Made by a program: the position numbers and the translations under genes
Assembly: GCF_900079115.1 (NCBI RefSeq)
Contig: NZ_LT549890.1
Location: 1,620,001-1,652,000 of the forward strand
Origin: Saccharolobus solfataricus
GTDB lineage: Archaea > Thermoproteota > Thermoprotei_A > Sulfolobales > Sulfolobaceae
Direction of reading: 5' to 3'
DNA length: 32,000 nt
Shown: piece after piece, positions 9,492-17,900 of the stretch
Position numbering within the stretch: the stretch's first letter is position 1
Layout: the number at the start of each line of letters is the position of its first letter
Notes under the pieces: model-generated
Seen by the model: the letters and a program-made list of their open reading frames with translations, nothing else
Database searches by the model: none
Told to the model about the DNA's origin: nothing

Positions 9492-9551
9492 GTGCGAGGG
9501 TTACGAGGTTCATCCTGGTAACCCTCACAAAAAATCTCGTAACCCTCGCAC
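9492..9551. repeat. Perfect 16-bp inverted repeat (gtgcgagggttacgag / ctcgtaaccctcgcac, 28-nt spacer) in the 334-bp leader of the IS1-like element
   Basis: Read directly. The same palindrome occurs in the leader fragment at 24765-24817 plus 27084-27090, where its 3' arm is split by an IS110-family insertion. Confidence 0.9.
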
Positions 9552-9887
9552 ATAAGCTTTTTCAGAGGCTGTTTTCATGTTCTAATTCATTGGCTGCATC
9601 TCGATCGAAACGACTAATTGTGGAAATTTCTAGCCTGATTTAATTTTACTATATGATATCGAATAAGATGACTGCATGAGAACACTCCTGATTTAACTCT
9701 CTCCGACCGCGTGTTTGTTTGTCCTAAATGCGGTTGGATAGTAGACCGTGACTATAATGCTTCCTTCAACATCCTACACAGATCGGGGTCGGAACGACCC
9801 TTAGTGCCTGTGGAGCTCTGCCTTCTACCGCTGGCAAGGTGGGGGTATGAAGCAGGAAGCCCTGTCCGTTAGGGCAGGGTAGTTCAC

Positions 9888-10391
9888 TTTGGAAAACTCC
9901 ACCTAAAGAAGAGAAAACCAGACGTCATACATGAAGTTAAAGAATTAGGATCTAGACTCGTGATGGAGGAGCTAAAAGAATTATTTGCAAAAAGCCAATA
10001 CTACTCCCTTATAATGAAAGCTATGGGCGATTCATGGATCCATTGCGAATTGTAATTTGTAAATAATACGTTGTAAAAATGTTAATATTGATAATCGTGT
10101 ATCTCTGCTAATTAGTCGTCTTCATTTAGTTAATTTCGTAACAATATTCGAAATAAAGTGAATTCGCAATGGATAACTGAATCTCTCAAAGCTATAGCAA
10201 CCTTAGAAAATGCCAGATGGAAAAACATAATGGATTACGTAATAGCAAAAACTGAAAGAAAAATCAGTAACACCACACTTTCCAGAGATCTAAGAAAACT
10301 AATGAAAATGGGGTTTATAGAGAAAGAAAACGACGAATACAGAATCCCAGATCCAATTACGAGGTACACATTGCTAAAAGACTTTCCTTAA
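9888..10391 (+). pseudogene. C-terminal fragment (winged-helix DUF234-like part) of the same archaeal ATPase, additionally split by a MITE
   Basis: An open frame runs from 9888 (FGKLHLKKRKPDVIHEVKELGSRLVMEELKELFAKSQYYSLIMKAMGDSW) and continues after the 135-bp MITE as ITESLKAIATLENARWKNIMDYV...TLSRDLRKLMKMGFIEKE. About 150 aa of the central region are missing. Confidence 0.6.
10039..10173. mobile_element. ~131-135-bp MITE whose ends match the IS256-like element
   Basis: Terminal inverted repeats tccattgcgaatt / aattcgcaatgga. The left end ggatccattgcgaattgtaatttg resembles both ends of the IS256-like element (3524 and 6206). It has no coding capacity. Confidence 0.7.
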
Positions 10392-10461
10392 TTTTCAACA
10401 TATTATACTCTATTTTAATCTAGATTTACGCTGTGCTTTGTGGCTGACTTCCTTATATAAA

Positions 10462-11651
10462 ACATATTAGTCAGATCTGCGTAATACAGATCTGACTGGG
10501 GTTGAGGCCGTTGACTCCTTTGGGCTTAGAGCTCGACGGTGAGCTTGGCCTCCTCCAATTCGGACCGGAAGTTGGGCTTGAAGCCCGAATAAGGGTGAGT
10601 ACACATGGAGGCCCCAGTCGCCGGAATAGATATATCAAAAGATAAATTAGTAGTGTACTTCCAAGGTAAATACTACGAATTTCAAAATAATAAGCAAGGT
10701 TTTGAAGGAGTAAAGCAAGTCTTGCCAAAGGGTTGTAAAGTGGCTATAGAAAGTACTGGAATTTACCACATCAACTTGGCTAAGTACTTGGGTAAAGAGT
10801 ACGACGTGAGGATTATTAACCCCTTCATACTCAAGAAGTTCAAGGACATTAGGGGCAAGAAGAGTGACAAGAATGATAAAAAGCTTGCCGAGCTAGTTGT
10901 AAGTATAGGCAGTGAGTTTACAACGAGTGAGGCTAAGGAGTTAACAAGCCAATGGGATTTTGTGACAAGGAGCATTGCTAGGGTTAAGAATAGGTTAAGG
11001 AGGGATTTAATACTTCTAGGATATAGGGATAGTTTGTCCAGGAAGAACTTGAATGAAGTATTGAGAGGGGAGGATAATGCAGCGTTATCTGAGATTAGGT
11101 TTCTTTTAGGCGAACTGGAGAGGCTTGAGGCTAGGAAGAGGGAGATTGAGGAAGAGCTTGAGGATCTTGTTCCCAAGGATAGTTTGATCTTCACGATTCC
11201 AGGTATTGGCAGAACGTTGGGTTGTATAATTTTAGCAAGGGTTGGTGATGTTAAGCGTTTTGGTGACAAGAAGAGGTTTGTTGCTTATTGTGGTCCTCTT
11301 GTTGAATCCAGTGGGAAGAGTGTTGTATCGAGAGGCATTTCTAAGAGAGGTGATGCTGTTTTGAGGAGTTCTATCTTGCAGCTTTAACTGCTATCAAGGT
11401 TAATCCTATTATCAAGCGTTTTTATGAGGAGCACAAGGGTAGGCTTAAGGGTAGGAAGTTGATTATTGCTTGTGCCAGGAAGCTTGCTGTTATTACTTGG
11501 GCTGTGCTGTATTATAATAAGCCCTTTGATGCTAACGAGTAAAGCAGGTGACATCACTTGCATAAGTAGTGTGTACTATGCTCGATTTTTCACGGAAAGG
11601 TTTTTATACCGGAAGCTCACCGCCCTAAACGATACTCCCAAAATAGTCTTA
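10462..11651 (+). mobile_element. ISC1190-like IS110-family element (~1.19 kb; right boundary approximate)
   Basis: A 143-bp structured non-coding left end is followed by an IS110 transposase. There are no terminal inverted repeats, as expected. ggtgagctt recurs in inverted form near the right end (aagctcacc ~11615). Confidence 0.7.
10605..11542 (+). pseudogene. IS110-family (DEDD/Piv-type) transposase with a 1-nt frameshift near 11372
   Basis: The N-terminus VAGIDISKDKL...IESTGIYH and C-terminal TIPGIGRTLGCIILARVGDVKRF...ISKRGDAVLR are followed, in another frame, by EFYLAALTAIKVNPIIKRFYEEHKGRLKGRKLIIACARKLAVITWAVLYYNKPF, ending at 11542. Confidence 0.8.
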
Positions 11652-12145
11652 CAAATATAAATTCAGCTAAGATTATCGTATTGTTTCTTCAAATGTAAGA
11701 AAACATATCCCATTGTACTTATCATTAATAACCTAAAATACAATTATACCCATCTAACAATATAAATAAAATGAAATTTCTTTGAATCTAATGTTATTTT
11801 TGATACATGTTCATACCCAATAACCATGGGCATTTCACCAATTTTACACTTTTTAGGTAAACAATTATAAAAAATATTATTATAGAGCTGGATTTTTCTA
11901 TAAATTTTGATATAATTAAATAAAATAGTCATATAATTCATGATCATTAGTTATAAACAGAAAGCAATTGTTTTTAATAATACGATTTTGGGAGTACCGT
12001 AAAAGGGCGAGGCTTTCAGCATTTTGTAAAGGACAAAGGCCTTTTCGTGGAAAAACTAACATAAAAAGGACAAATAATAAACCATTTTTACAAAGTGTAT
12101 CGACCATAAAACTTTATACGCCCACTAAGACTATTTAAAAATAGA

Positions 12146-12841
12146 ATGTGTAGAATGTTAGCATACTACGGACGGGATAAGGATTACCTTAAAAAATTAG
12201 CCAATTGCTTAGTTAGGGCATCTCAAAAGGATCCCCTATCAGATGACATTCACGGAGATGGATGGGGGGTTGCAGCACTGACTACAAATAAGTTAGTATA
12301 CTATAGGAGTCACTTACCCATTTTTGAAGATAAGGATAACCTAGAGAGTATAATAGACTCATTAGACGGTGAAGTGAAAGTAATTATCCACGCTAGACAG
12401 GCAAGTGATAAAAACTTAGTCTCTGTATACTATTCTCACCCCTATTTAGAAAGTAATCACGAACGTTTACTTTTTCTGGCACACAATGGAAGTGTTGATA
12501 AGTATAAACTAGGTGAAATGATAGGGATAGACCCTACACTGATGGTGGATTCTGAATTAGTTGCAAAGTATTTATCTATTTATGGGATTAAGGAAGTTGA
12601 TAAGCTCAGAGACGTTACACAATCTGCGTTAAACTTACTCCTATTGGAGATAAATAGAAAAGATAGATCTTCTCATCTATTCTATTATAACTATTATAGA
12701 AAGGATAAGATACGCAGAAAAGAGGACTATTACAAGCTGTATCTTCATAACGGTGCAGTATATTCATCCTCATTAGCATATACTGGATGCGAAAAAGGAG
12801 AGGAAGTAGAGTTAGGAAAGTTGTTAGTGTTAAATGGTTAA
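12146..12841 (+). CDS. Class-II (Ntn, YafJ/EgtC-type) glutamine amidotransferase, 231 aa
   Basis: Starts MCRMLAY (catalytic Cys2), then HGDGWG and RQAS...HPY...LAHNG, the standard class-II GATase motif order. Codon usage is host-like. Confidence 0.75.
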   Translation: MCRMLAYYGRDKDYLKKLANCLVRASQKDPLSDDIHGDGWGVAALTTNKLVYYRSHLPIFEDKDNLESIIDSLDGEVKVIIHARQASDKNLVSVYYSHPYLESNHERLLFLAHNGSVDKYKLGEMIGIDPTLMVDSELVAKYLSIYGIKEVDKLRDVTQSALNLLLLEINRKDRSSHLFYYNYYRKDKIRRKEDYYKLYLHNGAVYSSSLAYTGCEKGEEVELGKLLVLNG

Positions 12842-12942
12842 TATAGTACTTAGGATTCTCTGGAGTGGGGAAGTTACTAGGGTAGCGTTGGAGGAAGCTA
12901 GAAATATGAACGCTAAGTTAATAGTCTATAGGAACGCGGGAC

Positions 12943-13137
12943 AAAGTACGACTAGCATTTATAGGAAAATCGTTACACTTTTACGTTACGTTAAAAATAT
13001 ATAACGAATCTTTCCTAGTTAGATGAGAAATGTTTATTGATAAGCTATAATATTAAGAAGTACAATGAAAGATATTTATAAATACATGGATAAATATTTT
13101 GACTTTTTATGATAAGGGAATTTCCTAAAACTACTAA
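12943..13137 (+). repeat. ~185-195-bp AT-rich repeat U (MITE-like, imperfect 18-bp terminal repeats), inverted copy at 24527-24721
   Basis: The reverse complement of 24527-24721 aligns along its whole length with few mismatches. Internal termini are tagcatttataggaaaat / reverse complement of tagtagttttaggaaatt. It abuts a truncated ISC1359-like copy. Confidence 0.85.
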
Positions 13138-13769
13138 CTCTGCAACATCCCCTTGTACTTCTTGTACATCTGGGCCTTGGCAGATATGACGAAGTCCAAG
13201 CCCAACTCCAAGAGGTATCTAATCACTTCGTTCACTGCGAACTCCCTGTCCGCGAAGACCATGACGAGCCTCAGCTTGTCCTCCTCCAACTCCTTCACGA
13301 TTACCTCCATCACCGCCTTGAAACCTTCAGCTATGTTCTTCACGGTCACTGGGATCACGTCCAAGAAGCTCCTCGTCCTCCCCAGGAGGAAGATCGCAGC
13401 TTGAACCAGTCCCCACGACGTCCCCTTAGTTGGCTTTATCCTACTCAAGAAACTCTTGTTAGCGTGGTATTGAGGTATGGCATGGAAGTCCACTGCTACC
13501 CTCCTGTCCCTGACTCCCCTTAACGTCATCCTCCCCATCTTCCTCAACGCATCCCTCACGTCCTCAACTTGAACCGCGTTCAACTTTCTCAACGCTCTTC
13601 TCCCATCTTTTCCCAACCTGCTCAAGTAGCTCCCACTCGCCTTAAGCAAGGCACTGAGGAGTTCCTCAGGGAAAAGTATTTTAGTGAGGACCGAGTAAAT
13701 TATCTTGAGGGCAGACCTGGCGAAGTCCCGGTTGAACTTCGCCGGTTTAGTTGTATTCTCATGCTTCAA
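13134..13769 (-). pseudogene. N-terminal ~210 codons of an ISC1359-like (IS4 family) transposase; C-terminal part deleted
   Basis: Residues from IKPTKGTSWGL to KKYKGMLQ are near-identical to the ORF at 23800-24526. The ORF ends artificially 2 codons into non-IS sequence. Confidence 0.75.
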
Positions 13770-13888
13770 ACATTCAGGTTCGCCCTCGTATATACAAACT
13801 TTTCTCCAGAAATTCTCATCCTCTCAACTTTTTCTGTATTTCATTCATCTCGTTTTTTACGAGAAAAAAGAGATTCCCATACTGACGT
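13140..13888 (-). mobile_element. Truncated ISC1359-like IS (copy A: the transposase-5' end with its terminal repeat)
   Basis: The terminal sequence acgtcagtatgggaatctc (reverse complement at 13870-13888) is also present at 23605-23623. Positions 13140-13443 match 24223-24526. Parts A and B together reconstruct ~1.36 kb. Confidence 0.75.
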
Positions 13889-13889
13889 G

Positions 13890-14151
13890 TAAGAAGGTTT
13901 TGTACTTCGATTCATTCGTCAAGCTTCTCTAACTTTCTCGATGTTCGGATGAGACTATGCACGTCGTTTTCACCACGTGAGAAAAATTCAGAATTCTTCT
14001 CTTATTATTAGAATTGTACGCTATGTTTATTTGAGATTATCTTAACATGTTATGTTTCATGATATGTTTATCGTTTTTCTCTATATCTATCTCTTTTTGA
14101 AAGGACTAATATTATTTCTTTCAAATGAAATAATTTGGTGGAACACCACTG
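13890..14151 (+). mobile_element. 3'-terminal remnant of a second ISC1439-like element, cut off by the ISC1359-like insertion
   Basis: The reverse complement aligns with 3664-3915, including the terminal repeat (cagtggtgttccaccaaatt) and the last transposase codons (...LYFDSFVKLL*). Confidence 0.75.
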
Positions 14152-14182
14152 TTTTAAATACCTATATGGAAAAACTATACTT

Positions 14183-14509
14183 ATGGAATTAGAGAAGTAC
14201 GCTAAATTCCTTGAGGATTATGCTAACTTTGTGAAGAATAATAAACCTATCATTAACATACCATTATCTCCTGAGGAGTTGTTATCTGAGGCTTCCAGGA
14301 TTAGAGCATTGTCAAGGGTTAAGAGGGAGAATGGTTTAATTATTGTCAAGTTGGCTGAGGGTAATGCCGAACATTGGGCACACTTCGAAGGAGAAGTAAT
14401 CATGACTTTTGATAACTTGTACAGACCATTAAAAATAGAAATAGAGATAAAAGACACAATGGATAGTGAAAAAGTGTTAAAGGATGCTAACCTTATCGGC
14501 ACATCTTAG
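14183..14509 (+). CDS. Small hypothetical protein (108 aa from ATG 14183)
   Basis: The ORF-track start at 14135 lies inside the IS remnant, so I prefer ATG 14183 (MELEKYAKF...). The C-terminal beta-rich ...EGEVIMTFDNLYRPLKIEIEI is faintly DUF2283-like. It overlaps the next ORF. Confidence 0.4.
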   Translation: MELEKYAKFLEDYANFVKNNKPIINIPLSPEELLSEASRIRALSRVKRENGLIIVKLAEGNAEHWAHFEGEVIMTFDNLYRPLKIEIEIKDTMDSEKVLKDANLIGTS

Positions 14510-14786
14510 GAAGCATTTAGAGGATATAAATAATTATCTGAAAAAATTCAATAATACTATAGATCCATTAAGTGATAATGTACTTTCTTTTTTAGCTAAT
14601 TTAAAGGGAACTCCTCAAGTACCGAATAAAATTTTAGGCGAAAGTGAAAGGTGGAGAGTGTCATTCTTCATTTTAAACCCTGTGCAAAAAATAAGGTATG
14701 TTATAGCTAAGAGAGGAGAAGAGCTAATTTTGGTTACTGCACATCCAGATCCTGACGCTGATAAGTTCGTAGAATTTCAAGGTTAA
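14484..14786 (+). CDS. Small hypothetical protein, 100 aa
   Basis: ATG start, 26-nt overlap with the upstream ORF, host-like composition, no recognisable motif. Confidence 0.4.
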   Translation: MLTLSAHLRKHLEDINNYLKKFNNTIDPLSDNVLSFLANLKGTPQVPNKILGESERWRVSFFILNPVQKIRYVIAKRGEELILVTAHPDPDADKFVEFQG

Positions 14787-14955
14787 AACGTTTTATAATC
14801 ATTTTATAAATCTTACGGAAGGTCTTGCTTTGTGGACTTGTTGAATTTTAGCAAACGTTTAAGAGATCTCACAAGCCTAAATTGTGGACCTTGAGATTAA
14901 TTGAAAGTAAGATAATGGTGATTATTGTAAAAATATTCAATAAATTGACAAAGCT

Positions 14956-15609
14956 TTGGATAAAGAAAAGTTTTTAAACTGTGCAATGATTGTTAAAAAT
15001 GGTATGAAAAAAAAGCTCGATAAAAATTTTACTGTTACAACTCTTAAGACCGTAAGAGTTTCTAAGAAGTTAGTAGAAAAGTTGGATAGTATATTATACA
15101 AACAAAACAAAAACTTTAATCAACTTATTAATGAATTTATAGAAGAATACGTTAATTATAGAAATAAATTAGAACAAATAACTCGAGAAAAACCAATAAT
15201 TATCTCTTCTAGATTCTTTAAACATTTAATCGATTTACTAGGTGAGGATTTGGAAAAAATAAAAGAGAAATCCTACAAGCTAGGAAAGGAATGGGGAAAA
15301 GAGTATCTCCTATTATGGAACAATTCTAATGTTTCCTCCACCACGTTAAATGATATAAATATCTTTATAAAATATCTTAAAGATATAGCAGAGTACTCCG
15401 GTCTATATAAGTTAGATATTATTGAGAAAAAAGGAAGTTTAACGGTAATATTTCACCACGATTATAGTAATATTTTCTCTGCACTATTAGCTTTTTATTA
15501 CAAGGGAATATTTGAAGCCTTCTATGATAATTATGAAATATCAGATATCGCAATCAACCAAAATAACTTTATTATTTCAATAACTATGAAAAATTTAGAT
15601 CATCTATGA
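14956..15609 (+). CDS. Hypothetical protein with an N-terminal ribbon-helix-helix (CopG-like) segment, 217 aa
   Basis: VRVSKKLVEKLDSILYKQNKNFNQLINEFIEEYV fits the RHH beta-alpha-alpha pattern. The C-terminal ~130 aa are unassigned. The start is a TTG. Confidence 0.45.
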   Translation: MDKEKFLNCAMIVKNGMKKKLDKNFTVTTLKTVRVSKKLVEKLDSILYKQNKNFNQLINEFIEEYVNYRNKLEQITREKPIIISSRFFKHLIDLLGEDLEKIKEKSYKLGKEWGKEYLLLWNNSNVSSTTLNDINIFIKYLKDIAEYSGLYKLDIIEKKGSLTVIFHHDYSNIFSALLAFYYKGIFEAFYDNYEISDIAINQNNFIISITMKNLDHL

Positions 15610-15766
15610 TATTGTAATATTAACAGAATAATCATCAAATACATTAAAAACATAATAAAGATATGAATAATTATAACGAAAAATTTGGAGTTCCTTAACC
15701 TTCTTATAATACTTGTTATTAGCTTTCTACTATATAGCATAGAATTCACTAGTTATCATCTATTTA

Positions 15767-17749
15767 TTAATGACTCTTGTGCTCCCTATGTAGAGGTTGT
15801 CCATTGATTCTCAGTTGTCTAGGTAAATAGATAGTAGGATTCTTATCAAAGAACCCGTCTGGTATAAGTCGGAATCCCGCCATTTCAACAGGCATCACTG
15901 GCCAATCCTCTATTCTTACTACGTGCTCTACTCCTAATGTATACCATATCACTAGATCCTCATCTACGATAGATCTTTTCTTTAATATGTATTTAGGAAG
16001 GCCATCGTTAGCTCGCAAATAAGGATAGTCTCCACTAGCGTATCTCTCCTCTTCATTGTATGGAGTTACCCACAGATGATAATTTATGTAAGCACCACGT
16101 CTTCTTACATAGGAATCGTCCGGTAGTGGAGGTAAAACATTATGTCCCGGTACTAGTCTATAGGCTACCGGTAAACCCAGATAGTTTTTCTTTTGTATGT
16201 TCACTATTTTCCAATATCTCCCAGTTTGAGGATTTACATGTCTTCTGGCATCAGCTTCATTCTCCAATAAATTCTCCTCTGCGAAAAATGCATTACCTAC
16301 TGGGTTCTTTTCAGTTATAGGTTCTCCTCTTAGATTTACTTCATAAATTCTATTCCTTAAACCATCAACGTTTATATTTAACCTTATGTTAAAGAAATGT
16401 ATATGAATTGGGGCATAAACCTCTGGTGTAACTCTAGTGCCATATTTTGGTGTTGGGTCTTTTTCGCTTATACTATCATCGTTTATTATTCCAGTTAGTT
16501 TTACTAGAAATTCGATACTGCCATCCTGGTAAAAATACCAGAAGAATCCATAATCGTAATTAGCTAACGTCGCCCAAAATGAGACAACAAGCCTTCTGTT
16601 TCTTCTTACCTCGGACTTACCACTTCTTAAATCGGTATGCCTCCATAAGACTCCAAAGTCCTCTTCATGAACACAAATAGCTTTCTTTATTTTAATAGGA
16701 GTCCCATTAGAACTAACCCTTGTCACATCTAAATGATATATAACTTCTCCAAAACAATCACAGTTATATAGATCATAGTTTCCGTGTGATAATGGCACAA
16801 TAAAGTTTCCCAACCCATAATCACCTGCATCCAACACCATTTTTTTATTATGGAATGGAGAGGGATCTCCGTAAGGTACCATTAAATCCACTACAGAAGC
16901 CCTATATAATATCATTCTTTCTCGATTATTTTCATCAATATATCTAACATCATAAATAACTAAACCCTCTCTAGGTGTATAACCAATTCTTAATCTCCAT
17001 CTATACCAACTTATCTCCCAACCATTAATTTTAATACTTGAGGATAATGGTTGTCTTATCTCAATAGGCTTCAGATCGTCGCCAAATATCTTACCTAGCT
17101 TTTCAGGCGTATAATTAGCATCTTGTAATGGGAGAGGTGAAGTTCCATGATCGTCTATTCTGATAACCTCCATTTTATCTAGATCAACCCAAGGCATAAG
17201 CCCATGAACTGGCCTACCATATCCATTGTCCTCTATATCTTTTTTTACCCACATATACCCTATTGCTACCCTTCTACCTCGCAACTCCTCGTCAACATGA
17301 CCGGGAGCCCAACAGTCAACCATTAGCAAGTTCAAATCGTTTATTAAGATTCCCCTTTTAGTCAAAGCCTCTTGTACTCTTTTGTCATTTCGAACTGCTT
17401 TTTCACATTCTCCAAATTCATCTAACGTAATAGGTGGATAAGCGGCATCAATACTTCTTATTTCCTTCACTACGTTATTATCTAAGGATATTATTGCTTC
17501 ATAAACCTTTCGGTCTTGAAAATTATAGTATTTAACTAATGATTCTCTCTCTATTTTAATATTTTTGTTATTTCTCCATTCCAAATATTCTTGTTTTTTA
17601 GGCTCTTTCAATTCCACTGAGAAGAATTTAACTACTTTAGCATCTAAATTTAACTGTCTTTTTAAAACTTCCACGCTCTTTCTTATCTCTTCTTCATTTA
17701 ACGGGTCTAACGGGGATTTAGATATAGCTACTTGTTCCTCCTCGACCAT
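15767..17749 (-). CDS. Copper-containing (topaquinone) primary amine oxidase, 660 aa
   Basis: The TPQ consensus TLANYDY (T-x-x-N-Y-D-Y) is present. Copper ligands are the HIH pair in VYAPIHIHFF and the His in GVEHVVRIEDWPVMP. Length and motif order match the family. Confidence 0.9.
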   Translation of the reverse strand: MVEEEQVAISKSPLDPLNEEEIRKSVEVLKRQLNLDAKVVKFFSVELKEPKKQEYLEWRNNKNIKIERESLVKYYNFQDRKVYEAIISLDNNVVKEIRSIDAAYPPITLDEFGECEKAVRNDKRVQEALTKRGILINDLNLLMVDCWAPGHVDEELRGRRVAIGYMWVKKDIEDNGYGRPVHGLMPWVDLDKMEVIRIDDHGTSPLPLQDANYTPEKLGKIFGDDLKPIEIRQPLSSSIKINGWEISWYRWRLRIGYTPREGLVIYDVRYIDENNRERMILYRASVVDLMVPYGDPSPFHNKKMVLDAGDYGLGNFIVPLSHGNYDLYNCDCFGEVIYHLDVTRVSSNGTPIKIKKAICVHEEDFGVLWRHTDLRSGKSEVRRNRRLVVSFWATLANYDYGFFWYFYQDGSIEFLVKLTGIINDDSISEKDPTPKYGTRVTPEVYAPIHIHFFNIRLNINVDGLRNRIYEVNLRGEPITEKNPVGNAFFAEENLLENEADARRHVNPQTGRYWKIVNIQKKNYLGLPVAYRLVPGHNVLPPLPDDSYVRRRGAYINYHLWVTPYNEEERYASGDYPYLRANDGLPKYILKKRSIVDEDLVIWYTLGVEHVVRIEDWPVMPVEMAGFRLIPDGFFDKNPTIYLPRQLRINGQPLHREHKSH

Positions 17750-17900
17750 GATTTTTACACCATCTATATTTATCTCTCTATTTTATATATTTAAATATAA
17801 TTTGTACAAATATATATTACTAGGTAATACATAGAAATATCAAGTATTTCTTAAAAATACTAGTTATATTTATTTTTTATGATTTCTCTTATAACTGCTA

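Larger units (their letters stand above)
8552..9689 (-). mobile_element. IS1-family-like insertion sequence (1138 bp; possibly an ISC1173-type element, name uncertain) inserted in tnpB
   Basis: ~47-bp near-perfect terminal inverted repeats (ggagtgttctcatgcagtcatcttattcgatatcatatagtaaaatta). An 8-bp target duplication gatttaac sits at 8544-8551 and 9690-9697. Removing the element restores the tnpB zinc-finger frame. Confidence 0.8.
7262..9872 (+). pseudogene. tnpB: tnpB (IS605 OrfB / RNA-guided nuclease family), heavily degraded
   Basis: The pieces read [15 protein letters not shown]...[12 protein letters not shown] (in-frame TAG ~7367), then ...YSLVY..., a frameshift ~7645, then [26 protein letters not shown]...LARAYEH, then [33 protein letters not shown], then [16 protein letters not shown] / [26 protein letters not shown] (zinc finger). 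It is interrupted at 7700, 8096 and 8552. Confidence 0.8.
7183..9887 (+). mobile_element. IS200/IS605-family element carrying tnpB only (ISC1316-like; ~1.3 kb after removing three nested insertions)
   Basis: Left-end hairpin aagggggc-N28-gccccctt (7183-7226). Right-end hairpin with an 8-bp stem and gtta loop (9860-9879). No terminal inverted repeats, as expected for IS605. Outer limits are approximate. Confidence 0.7.

Noticed and set aside
10158-10391. ORF-track call of an independent 77-aa gene starting at GTG 10158
   Set aside because: That GTG lies inside the MITE. The reading frame is the continuation of the ATPase C-terminal fragment once the 135-bp MITE is removed.
10763-11269. Long S/L-rich minus-strand ORFs antisense to IS110 transposases (10763-11269, 21628-22107, 22126-22536, 21196-21507)
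   Set aside because: This is a typical antisense artefact of K/E/R-rich coding regions. The translations are serine/leucine runs without motifs.
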